Shown: piece after piece, positions 31,735-40,876 of the stretch
Numbering within the stretch: the first letter of the stretch is position 1
Layout of the letters: each line of letters starts with the position of its first letter
From: an uncultured Planctomycetota bacterium
GTDB taxonomy: Bacteria; Planctomycetota; Planctomycetia; Isosphaerales; Isosphaeraceae
Direction: 5' to 3'
NCBI GenBank assembly: GCA_963737655.1
Contig: CAVTTN010000002.1
Location: 6,464,001 to 6,528,000 of the forward strand
DNA: 64,000 nucleotides
The notes under the pieces: model-generated
Databases searched by the model: none
Seen by the model: the letters and a program-made list of their open reading frames with translations, nothing else
Told to the model about the DNA's origin: nothing
Program-made: the position numbers and the translations under genes

Positions 31735-32370
31735 ATGGCGGATGCGAAGCCGGGGCCGAGGGTTCTTCCAGCGTGGTGGGCCGGAGTGGTGGGAGGGGCG
31801 GTGTCGACGACCCTGGCCATGCTCCTGCTCTGCCCCATCGCGAGCCTGATTCCCCGCACGAGGCCGTCGGGCGTTCCTTACTTTGCGGGGGAGTGGATCG
31901 AGGTGTTGCTGATCGCGAGCATCGTCGGGGGCCTGGTGATCGGCGCGCCGATGGGCCTGATCGGTGGGCTGATGGGCGGGTTTTGGAGGCGCTATGACCT
32001 CGCGATGGCCGTCGGGGGACTCTCGGGGGTCTTCATCGGATTCTCGGTCTTCGCCGAGGTCTCGGATCGGCTCGACCCGGTCGCGAGCTCAACGATGGGG
32101 GCGACGGGGGCCTTCGTGGGATGGCTCGGAGGGTGCGTAGGGGCCTGGCGCGGAGTTGGGCGTGCCCGCCGAGGGTCGGTGCCTTCCCGGGTCCGCTTTA
32201 CCTCGCTTCAGGTCATGGAGTACGTGGCCATCCTCGCGGTCCATCTGGCGGCCTATTTGGCTCAGGACCGATCGTTGCGTCAGGTCGAGTGGGTGTCCCC
32301 CTCGACCCCTCGTCCGCCGGCCGGTGGAACTCCAATGATTCGGGTTGACGGTCCCCGGATTGCCCGATAA
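31735..32370 (+). CDS. Hypothetical Gly-rich multi-pass membrane protein
   Basis: GGAGG RBS; 4-5 hydrophobic segments. Confidence 0.65.
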   Translation: MADAKPGPRVLPAWWAGVVGGAVSTTLAMLLLCPIASLIPRTRPSGVPYFAGEWIEVLLIASIVGGLVIGAPMGLIGGLMGGFWRRYDLAMAVGGLSGVFIGFSVFAEVSDRLDPVASSTMGATGAFVGWLGGCVGAWRGVGRARRGSVPSRVRFTSLQVMEYVAILAVHLAAYLAQDRSLRQVEWVSPSTPRPPAGGTPMIRVDGPRIAR

Positions 32371-32867
32371 AGTGCCGCCACTTCGGGCCGGTCCCGTCAA
32401 GGTTGATGGGATTCGGGCCCACCGCTCGGGGGGACGTCGGCGACGTCCGAGACGCCCCTCGAACCGGGAGACCTCGGACCTGGGAATGGATTCCGGCGAT
32501 GGCTTCTTGCCCGATTTCGGGCCACTCCCCCGACGCTCACCCTCGTTTGGCCGTCCCGATCGATCGTCCCTGGTTCGGCGTCCCCTCGCCGTTCCGAGGC
32601 GGAAGGCGCGTCTTCGGACGCCCGGCCGCCGCCTCCGCCCGGAGGAGATGTGTTGACAGGTTAGGTAGGTCCGTCCGAAAGGTTCGCCTTGTCTCGTCGG
32701 AGTGCTTCGGCCGTCCGCAGCGGTCAGCCCGAGGCAAGGCCCGTCAAGTCGATCGGAGCCGAACGACCCGCCGCGATCAGGACGACGCTCGCCTTGCGCA
32801 GGAGGCGCCTGGCGTGACCTCTATTTCGTCCCACGTCGCCCGTCGCGGCCGGCTTCAAGGAGTTCCC

Positions 32868-33581
32868 ATGCACCGGATGCGCCGCTTCATCGCCCTGACC
32901 GGCCTGGTGGTCTCGACCTGGACCGTCGGGGCGTCGTCGGCCTCGGCCGACCTGCTCCACCCCTCGACCGACCCGCAGACGTATCCCGACATCATCGCCA
33001 ACCTGGGCAAGGGTGTCAGCTACACCTACGACCCGGGCAGCCAGCAGGGCGTGTTCCACCTGAAGAACACCGCCTACGTGCTCGTCACGGGCAACGACGC
33101 CAGCAGCGAGTACGACATCGACCCCGCGGCCGACGGCTCGCGCTACCAGGTCCTCAATGTGACCCTGGACAAGAACGGCAACTACGTCGATGACCCGGGC
33201 AACCTGTACCAGGTCTACGGCAGCATCACGGCCAACGGCAAGACCTACAGCGGCCTGTTGCTCGAAGGCAAGCCGATCGACTTCGCCACGAGCAACGCCG
33301 GCGGCGTCACGCAGTTCCAGGCCGACCTGAAGCTGGACACGGCCGGGGCCCTGTCCTCGCTGTTCGGGCCGAACTCGTACATCCACCTGATCGCCGAGAC
33401 CGGCAACGGCTTCACCGGCTCGTGGCAGCAGGACTTCACCATCTCCAAGGTCTCGACCAACACCCACGGCCCGGACGTCGCCGGCCAGCCCTTCCCCGTG
33501 CCCGAACCCACCGCGATGGTCCTGCTGGCCGTCAGCGGGGTGGGCCTGGTCTATCGCCGCCGCCGCCAGCGGCTGGCGTGA
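32868..33581 (+). CDS. PEP-CTERM sorting domain protein
   Basis: Signal peptide; C-terminal VPEPT + hydrophobic helix + RRRR; AAGGAG RBS. Confidence 0.93.
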   Translation: MHRMRRFIALTGLVVSTWTVGASSASADLLHPSTDPQTYPDIIANLGKGVSYTYDPGSQQGVFHLKNTAYVLVTGNDASSEYDIDPAADGSRYQVLNVTLDKNGNYVDDPGNLYQVYGSITANGKTYSGLLLEGKPIDFATSNAGGVTQFQADLKLDTAGALSSLFGPNSYIHLIAETGNGFTGSWQQDFTISKVSTNTHGPDVAGQPFPVPEPTAMVLLAVSGVGLVYRRRRQRLA

Positions 33582-33688
33582 GCGAAGTTGTCAGTTGGCG
33601 AAGTTGTCAGTTGTTAGCAAGAGACGCAAGCGGCGGCACGGTCCCTGGGATCGCGCCGCCGCTCCGTGTCACGGACAACTGACAACTA
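33582..33688. repeat. AGTTGTC heptamer inverted element with central hairpin (possible bidirectional terminator)
   Basis: gcgaagttgtcagttg x2, GC hairpin 33630-33662, then acaactgacaact. Confidence 0.75.
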
Positions 33689-34522
33689 ATCCGCCAGGAA
33701 CGTGGCCGAGAGCTTGCCGAGGGCCTCGTTCTCGATCTGTCGGACCCGTTCGCGGGTGAGGCCCAGGGATTCCCCGATCTCCTTGAGGGTCTTGGGTTGC
33801 TCGTCGTTGAGGCCGAACCGCATCCTCAGGACGGTGGCCTCGCGCTTGTCCATCTCCTCCAGGCGGTGGAGGACCAGCTTGAGGTCGTCGGCCTCGACCA
33901 TCTCGACGTCCGGGGCGCGGGTCCGTTCGTCCATCAGCATCTCGCCCAGACTCCAGCCGTTCTCGGGCTGGTCGGTCTGGGGGACGAGGTTGTACACCTT
34001 GATGGCCTTCTTGACGATCGCCAGCTTCTTCTTGGGGAGCTCCAGGACCCGGGCGATCTCCTCGACCGTCGCGGGCCGGCCGAGCTGGTCCTGCAAGTCG
34101 GCGGCGGCCCTCCGCCACTTGCAGAGCAGCTCCATCATGTAGGCGGGGATGCGGATCGGCTTGGCCGTGTTCACCAGCGCCCGCTTGATCGATTGCTTGA
34201 TCCAGTAGCTGGCGTACGTGCTGAAGCGGGTGCCGACCTCCGGGTCGAACCCCTCGACGGCGCGGAGCAGGCCGAGGTTCCCCTCCTCGATCAGGTCCTG
34301 AAGGGCCAGGCCCTTGCCCACGTAGCCCCTCGCGATGTTGACCACCAGGCGGAGATTGGCGCGGACCATGCGATCTCGGGCCGCGTTGTCCCCCTGCTCG
34401 ATCCGGTAGGCCAGCATCTTTTCCTCGTCGGCCGTCAGCAGGGCCATCTCGTTGATCTCGCGGAGGTACGTCTCCAGGGGGCTCTGGACGGTGTCCCGGC
34501 GGTGTCGGCGGATTCGAGCCAT
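33686..34522 (-). CDS. Sigma-70 family RNA polymerase sigma factor (RpoD/RpoS-like, no region 1.1)
   Basis: YLREI, ANLRLVV, DLIEEGNLGL, FSTYASYWI, TRERVRQIE. Confidence 0.96.
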   Translation of the reverse strand: MARIRRHRRDTVQSPLETYLREINEMALLTADEEKMLAYRIEQGDNAARDRMVRANLRLVVNIARGYVGKGLALQDLIEEGNLGLLRAVEGFDPEVGTRFSTYASYWIKQSIKRALVNTAKPIRIPAYMMELLCKWRRAAADLQDQLGRPATVEEIARVLELPKKKLAIVKKAIKVYNLVPQTDQPENGWSLGEMLMDERTRAPDVEMVEADDLKLVLHRLEEMDKREATVLRMRFGLNDEQPKTLKEIGESLGLTRERVRQIENEALGKLSATFLAD

Positions 34523-34935
34523 TCGGGTCCTCGTCGTCTCGTCGGGTCGCGTCGGGGTCCGCAACAACGGATGGATCGCATCTGGGTCGGCCGGGACGGG
34601 CCCGAGGTCGCCCCGGGCGACCCGTCGCGGCCCCTGTCCCGCAGTCTTTATCGGGCTGTCAAGGCTGAGAATTTAGGTAGCTCTGTCGATTTGGCAAACC
34701 TGGGGGAATTGCGGGGAGAATGATCTGTAACGAATTGTGGAGTTCGCCGGATTCTGTGGCCGATACCTGGACGTGAGGCGCTTTGGCGCAGTGGATGAGG
34801 GCACACTGCCCTCGGCGGGCGCCCCTGGGCGAGCCGGTCACGGATGGCCGGTCGAGCCGAGACGCCGGGCCGCCGCCCCGATGTCCGACCCCCCCCCTTC
34901 GACGGGCTTCGGACGGCCCGAAGGAGACCTGGCTC

Positions 34936-35190
34936 ATGCTCTTCGCGTACTTCGGACCCGAGACGGTCCTGCCGCTGGCTTCGGTCGTGGCGACGGCCGT
35001 GGGCGTGGTCCTGATGTTCGGCCGGATGACGTTCCGCCTGGCCCTGGCCCCGTTCAAGTGGGTCGGGCGATCCCGCCGCGATTCGGGCCGGAACTCCGCC
35101 GTCGCCGGCCCCGCCGCGTGGCGGTCGCGGCCCTCGATGGCCGACGCCGGGCCGGACTCCGAGCCCAACGCCTCGGGACGGGGGGCCTGA
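34936..35190 (+). CDS. Small membrane protein leading the AlkP cluster
   Basis: AAGGAG RBS; MLFAYFGPETVLPLAS followed by a TM helix. Confidence 0.75.
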   Translation: MLFAYFGPETVLPLASVVATAVGVVLMFGRMTFRLALAPFKWVGRSRRDSGRNSAVAGPAAWRSRPSMADAGPDSEPNASGRGA

Positions 35191-35193
35191 GCC

Positions 35194-37046
35194 ATTTCCG
35201 CCATCACCAAGGTCCTCGTCGTCGGCCTCGACGGCCTGGAGCCCTCGCTCGTCGATCGCGGGATCGCCGAGGGGCGGCTCCCGAACCTGGCGAGGCTCCG
35301 GGCCCGGGGCGGCTCCTCCACGGTCGCCACCTCGGCCCCCGCGCAGACCCCGGTGGCCTGGTCCTCGTTCGCCACCGGGAGGAACCCGGGCGGCCACGGC
35401 GTGTTCGACTTCCTCCGCCGCGACCCGGCGACCTACTTGCCGGACCTCGCCCTCTGCAGGCACGAGCAGAAGAACGCCTTCTCCCCGCCGAAGGCCGTGA
35501 ACCTCCGCAAGGGGACGACGATCTGGGAGCACCTCTCCGCTTCCGGCGTCGCCTCGACCGTCCTCCGCTGCCCGTGCTCCTACCCGCCCGAGTCGATCAA
35601 GGGCCGGGTCCTCTCCGGGATGGGCGTGCCGGACCTCCGCGGCGGCCTCGGCACCGCCACCTTCTTCACCTCGGCCCAGGATGAACGGCCCGGCGAGGCC
35701 GAGCAAATCGTGAAGGTTTCCCCGGCCCTCGACGGCTCCGTGACCACCGCCCTGATCGGCCCGAGGAACCCCCGCGATCGTTCGGAGACCCGGTTCGAGA
35801 TCGCCGTCACCCCCCTGCCCGACTCCAACCGGGCCCGGCTCCGCTCCTCGGGTTCGCCCCGGGAGCTGGTCCTGGAAGTCGGCCGGTGGAGCGACTGGCT
35901 CAAGGTCGCCTTCAAGGTCGGGATGTTCGGCTCGGCGAAGGGGATGGTCCGGTTCTTCCTCGACCGGATCGGGCCGAGTTCGCGCTCTATGCCTCGCCCG
36001 TGAACTTCGACCCCGACGCCCCCCCCTTCCCGATCAGTTCGCCGGGCGACTACGCCTCGGACCTCGCCTCGGAGATCGGCCACTTCTTCACCACGGGGAT
36101 GGTCGAGGACCACTCCGGGCTGAGCAACGGCCGGATCGGCGAGGAAGCCTTCCTCCACCAGTGCGACCTCGCCTGGGAGGACCGCGAGGCCATGTTCAGG
36201 CGAGAGCTGTCGCGGTTCGACTCCGGGTTCCTCTTCTGCCTGTTCGACACGCCCGACCGCGTCCAGCACATGCTCTGGAGGCACACCGAGCCCGACCACC
36301 CGGCCAACCGCCATTCGCCCGCGCGTCCCGAGATGGCCCGCGAGCTGGAAAAGCAGTACGAGAGGGCCGATTCCGTGGTCGGCGAGGCCCTCGCGGCGGC
36401 CGACGACCGCACCCTGGTGATCGCCATGAGCGACCACGGCTTCGGGGGGTTCCGCCGATGTGTCGACCTGAACAAATGGCTTCATGACGAGGGTTTGCTC
36501 GCCCTCCGAGACGGCCTGAGGCCCGGCGACGGGGCCGGCGACCTCCTCCGGGGCGTCGATTGGTCGAAGACGAAGGCGTTCGCCGTCGGCCTCGGCGGGA
36601 TCTACCTGAACCTGGAAGGCCGGGAGGCGCAGGGGATCGTCAAGGAGGCCGAGGCCGAGGATTTGAAGGCCCGGATCGCCGAAAAGTTGAGCGGCCTGGA
36701 CGATCCCGGCCGGGGCGAGGCCGTGAAGTCGGTCCGCACCCGCGAATCGCTCTATCGGGGGCCTCACGTGGCCGACTCGCCCGACCTCCTCGTCGGCTTC
36801 GCCCGGGGGTATCGGGCGTCGTGGGCGTCGTCGATGGGCGGGATCTCGGCCGATTTGATCGAGGATAACGTGAAGCCGTGGGCCGGCGATCACATCGTCG
36901 ATCCGTCGCTCGTCCCCGGCATCCTGTTCATGAACCGTCCGTTCCGCGGAGAGGGGGCGAGGCTCGTGGACCTCGCCCCGACGATCTCGACGGCCCTGGG
37001 CGTCGCGCCCGGGCCTCTCATGGAAGGGGAGGCGCTGCTCGCATGA
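35194..37046 (+). CDS. Alkaline phosphatase family (type I phosphodiesterase/nucleotide pyrophosphatase) protein; non-canonical start, frameshift ~35975
   Basis: KVLVVGLDG, PAQTPVAWSSFATGRNPG.HG, DRVQH, SDHGF, GDH; no ATG before the first motif. Confidence 0.88.
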
Positions 37047-38503
37047 AGATCCTCGTCATGGGCCTCGACTGCGCCGACCCGGAGCTCCTCCTCGGGATGG
37101 ACGACCTGCCGAACGTCCGCCGTTTGATGGAGGCGGGGTGCTTCGGCAAGCTCGAAAGCGTGGTCCCGCCGATCACCGTCCCGGCCTGGATGTGCATGGC
37201 CACGAGCCAGGACCCCGGCTCCCTGGGCGTCTACGGCTTCCGCAACCGGGTCGATCACTCGTATAACGGACTCGGCATCGTCAACGCGCGCTCGATCACC
37301 GAGGTGGCGATCTGGGACCAGGTGGCCCGCGAGGGCGGACGCTCCGTCCTGATCGGGGTCCCGCCCGGGTTCCCGCCGAGGAAGGTCAACGGCATCACCG
37401 TCGGCTGCTTCCTCACGCCCGACACGACGAAGGACGTCTTCACGCACCCTCCCCAGATCAGTGATGAGATCCGCGCGCTCGTCGGCCATTATCCGGTCGA
37501 CGTGAAGGGCTTCCGCACCGGCGACAAGGGATGGTTGCGCGACGAAATCCTCGACATGAGCCGCAAGCATTTCGAGGTCGTCCGCCACTACCTCAAGAAC
37601 GCCGAATGGGACTACTTCCAGTTCGTCGAGATCGGCCTGGACCGCGTCCACCACGGCTTCTGGAGCCATCACGACCCCCTGCACGTCCAGCACGACCCGG
37701 ATTCGCCGTTCAAGGAGGTCGTGCGCGACTATTATCGCTATCTCGACGGGGAGATCGGCTCGATCCTCGAGCTCCTGGCCGAGGACACGGTGGTCTTGAT
37801 CGTCTCCGACCACGGCGCCCGGCGGCTCGACGGCGGGTTCTGCGTGAACGAGTGGCTCGTCCGCGAGGGGCTGCTCGTCCTGAATTCCTATCCCGAGACG
37901 GTCACGCCCTTCTCGAAGCTGGACGTGGACTGGTCGAAGACGAAGGTCTGGAGCGAGGGCGGCTACTACGCCCGGGTCTTCTTCAACGTGAAGGGCCGGG
38001 AGCCGTCCGGGACCATCGAACCGGCCGATTACGAGGCGTTCCGCGACGAGATCAAGGCCCGGTTCGAGGCCACGACCGGCCCCGACGGCCAGCCCCTGGG
38101 GACGCTGGTGTTCAAGCCCGAAGACGTGTACAAAAAAATCAAGAACGTCGCGCCCGATCTGATCGTCCACTTCGGGGCGCTGGCCTGGAGGTCGATCGGC
38201 GGCGTGGGGTATCCGTCGCTGCACATCCAGGAAAACGACACGGGCCCGGACGACTGCAACCACGCCCAGCACGGCGCGTTCGTCCTGGCGTCGTCGAACA
38301 ATCCGGTGAGGGGGGAAGTCGAGGGCGCCCACCTGCTGGACATCGCCCCGACCCTGCTGGAGCTCGGCGGCTACGACGTCCCCGAGACGATGCAGGGCCG
38401 ATCGCTGGCCTCCGGCGCGCTCGCGGCGGTCGGAGCCGAGGGGTATTCGGAGAGCGAGGAAGACATCGTCCGAAGCCGCCTGAGCGGGCTGGGTTACATC
38501 TAG
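37043..38503 (+). CDS. Alkaline phosphatase family (phosphodiesterase-like) protein
   Basis: MGLDC, PPITVPAW, DRVHH, SDHG, C-terminal RLSGLGYI; ATGA overlap with the upstream gene. Confidence 0.92.
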   Translation: MKILVMGLDCADPELLLGMDDLPNVRRLMEAGCFGKLESVVPPITVPAWMCMATSQDPGSLGVYGFRNRVDHSYNGLGIVNARSITEVAIWDQVAREGGRSVLIGVPPGFPPRKVNGITVGCFLTPDTTKDVFTHPPQISDEIRALVGHYPVDVKGFRTGDKGWLRDEILDMSRKHFEVVRHYLKNAEWDYFQFVEIGLDRVHHGFWSHHDPLHVQHDPDSPFKEVVRDYYRYLDGEIGSILELLAEDTVVLIVSDHGARRLDGGFCVNEWLVREGLLVLNSYPETVTPFSKLDVDWSKTKVWSEGGYYARVFFNVKGREPSGTIEPADYEAFRDEIKARFEATTGPDGQPLGTLVFKPEDVYKKIKNVAPDLIVHFGALAWRSIGGVGYPSLHIQENDTGPDDCNHAQHGAFVLASSNNPVRGEVEGAHLLDIAPTLLELGGYDVPETMQGRSLASGALAAVGAEGYSESEEDIVRSRLSGLGYI

Positions 38504-38506
38504 TCC

Positions 38507-38781
38507 CGTAGGGTGCATGAAAGGCACCGTCATGTCGGGTGCATGAAATGCACCAACCACGCGGCGGCCACCCGGCCGCCCACCGTTTCCCCTCGGGACG
38601 ACCGATGATCCGATCGGAATCCGACGGAAATCGGAATCCGACGGAAATCGGAATCCGACAGACCTCGGAATCCGACAGACCTCGGAATCCGACGGGAAGA
38701 CGCGGAAGGCGGCCCTCGGGCCGCCGCGTGGTTGGTGCATTTCATGCACCCTACATGACGGTGCATTTCATGCACCCTACG
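38507..38781. repeat. Compound REPIN-like element: 63-bp inverted arms with two REP units each
   Basis: Arms at 38507-38569 and 38719-38781, 2 mismatches; unit GT(A/C)GGGTGCATGAAA(T/G)GCACC. Confidence 0.9.
38614..38698. repeat. Five 17-bp tandem units with palindromic core TCGGAATCCGA
   Basis: Units start at 38614, 38631, 38648, 38665 and 38682. Confidence 0.92.
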
Positions 38782-38938
38782 AGGGCCCTTCGCTGGCGGA
38801 GCCGCCGAAAAGTGCGCTCGTAATCCTTCGCGAGATCGCTTAGATACTCGTCCGTCGCGGCCTTCTGGAATCGGCCTCTCCTGGGATCACATCTAGTCGC
38901 GCGTCCCCCCCTCGCCCGCGATTTGGAGACGTGGTTCG

Positions 38939-40876
38939 ATGATGGAAGCTGGTCAGGAAGACGCGCCCCCGGGCCGCGATGGGCCTTCGCCCGGGTCGCC
39001 CTGGCTCTCGGGGCTGTGGTTCGGGCTGCTCGCCGGGGGCGTCGAGCTCGCCGTGGACGCCGCCTACTGGGCGATCCGGCCGAGAGTGACCGTCGCCTCG
39101 ATCCGAACCAATCGCCATCATCTCTGGATGGTGCCCACGTCCGACCTGGTCGTGGTGGGCGCGGCGGGCCTGCTGTTCACCCTCGGGGCCAGGCTCTCGC
39201 CGAAGCTGGTGGCAAGAATCGGCCCGACCGTCCTGGCGGCCCTGGCCGCCCTGACGGTGATCTGGTCGGTCGATCGGCTCCACCCGAATTCGGGGATCAT
39301 CCTGGCCTGCGGGCTCGGCGCCTCGGCGGGCCGGGCGATCGCGCGATGGCCCGAAGGATTCCGCCGGCTGGTCCGGCGGACCCTGCCGGTCGGCCTGGTC
39401 GTCCTCCTCGCCTGGACCGCCTATCAGGCCAGCCGGGTGATCGGCGCCGAGGGCCGCGCCCTGGCCGGGCTCCCGGCCGCTCGTCCCGGGTCGCCGAACG
39501 TCCTCCTGCTCGTCATGGACAACGTCCGGGCCGACGCCCTAAGCCTCTACGGCGCCCCTCGCGACACCTCGCCCAACCTCGCGAGGATCGCGAGCCGAGG
39601 GCTGAAGTTCAACGAGGCGAGGTCCGCCGCGTCGTGGACCCTGCCCTCTCACGCCAGCCTCCTGACGGGTCGGTGGCCTCACGAGCTGTCCGTGACCGTG
39701 GATTCGCCCCTGGACGACGCCCGCCCCACCCTGGCCGAGACCCTGGCCGCTCGCGGCTACGTCACGGCCGGGTTCGTCGGCAACACGTACTATTGCAACG
39801 GCTGGTACGGCCTCGATCGCGGCTTCTCTCGCTACGAGGACTTCGCCGCGAACGTGGAGGTCTCCCCGGTCGAGACGATCCGCGCCGGCTCCCTCGGCGA
39901 GTGGATCGTCGGCCGGTTCCACATCATGGCCAAGGAGTGGCCCGGCGACCCCCGGACCCGGAAGACGGCCGATGACATCAACACGAGCTTCCTCTCCTGG
40001 CTCGACGCCCGAAACGGCCGCCCGTTCTTCGCGTTCCTGAACTACTACGACGCCCACGAGCCGTTCCAGCCCCCTCCGGGCGACCCCCGCCAGTTCGGCC
40101 TCAGCCGCCTGCCCGAGGCCGACCGCGCCGCCATCCTCAAGGCGTATGCCCACCTCGCGAAGAAGAAGCCCGGCGAGCCCCGGCCGAACGAGGCCGAGGT
40201 CGTCGCGAAGGCCGCCGAGCTGCTCCGCGACTCGTACAGCGACTGCATCGCCTCGCTCGATCGCCGGATCGGCTCCCTGATCGACGAGCTGGAGAGGCGG
40301 GGTGTCCTGGATGACACCCTGGTGGTGATCACCTCGGACCACGGCGAGGAGTTCGGCGAGCGGTCGCTGTTCGGCCACGGCGTGAGCGTGTATCGGCCCG
40401 AGGTCCACGTCCCCCTGATCGTCCTGGAGCCGGGTCGATCGCGGCGAACCGGCGAGGTCTCCCGCCCGGTCAGCCTCCGCGACTTCCCGGCGACGGTGGC
40501 CGGGGCGGTCGGGCTGGGGGAAGCGTCCCCCTTCCCCGGCGATTCCCTGGCCACGGCCCGGAACGACGACCGGCCCTCGCCGATCCTCTCCGAGGTCGAG
40601 CATCAGACGAAGTTCTCGCCGTCGCCGTCGATCCCCGCGTCGCTCGGGCCGATCACCTCGATCGCCGACGGCCCGATGGTCTACATCCGCAACGCCGACG
40701 GCCGCGAGGAGCTGTTCGACCGCCGGACCGACCCGGCCGAAGTCCGCGACGTGGCCGGCGCCTCCGGCTCGACCACGACGCTCGCCCGGTTCCGAGACGC
40801 CCTCGGAGCGATCCAGGGACAGGCCCGAGAACCGCAAACGGCCGGACGGGCCGCCGAGGGGAGGGTCGTCCGATGA
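38939..40876 (+). CDS. Membrane-anchored sulfatase-like hydrolase/transferase
   Basis: About 5 N-terminal TM helices; NVLLLVMDNVRAD, SWTLPSHASLLTG, NYYDAH, TSDHGEEF, GHG. Confidence 0.9.
   Translation: MMEAGQEDAPPGRDGPSPGSPWLSGLWFGLLAGGVELAVDAAYWAIRPRVTVASIRTNRHHLWMVPTSDLVVVGAAGLLFTLGARLSPKLVARIGPTVLAALAALTVIWSVDRLHPNSGIILACGLGASAGRAIARWPEGFRRLVRRTLPVGLVVLLAWTAYQASRVIGAEGRALAGLPAARPGSPNVLLLVMDNVRADALSLYGAPRDTSPNLARIASRGLKFNEARSAASWTLPSHASLLTGRWPHELSVTVDSPLDDARPTLAETLAARGYVTAGFVGNTYYCNGWYGLDRGFSRYEDFAANVEVSPVETIRAGSLGEWIVGRFHIMAKEWPGDPRTRKTADDINTSFLSWLDARNGRPFFAFLNYYDAHEPFQPPPGDPRQFGLSRLPEADRAAILKAYAHLAKKKPGEPRPNEAEVVAKAAELLRDSYSDCIASLDRRIGSLIDELERRGVLDDTLVVITSDHGEEFGERSLFGHGVSVYRPEVHVPLIVLEPGRSRRTGEVSRPVSLRDFPATVAGAVGLGEASPFPGDSLATARNDDRPSPILSEVEHQTKFSPSPSIPASLGPITSIADGPMVYIRNADGREELFDRRTDPAEVRDVAGASGSTTTLARFRDALGAIQGQAREPQTAGRAAEGRVVR

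Noticed and set aside
35188..35190. Selenocysteine codon
   Set aside because: The TGA lies in a low-complexity linker, not at a Cys-equivalent catalytic site, and no SECIS could be supported.
38614..38698. CRISPR array
   Set aside because: Units are 17 bp with 6-nt, duplicated linkers, and there are no cas genes.
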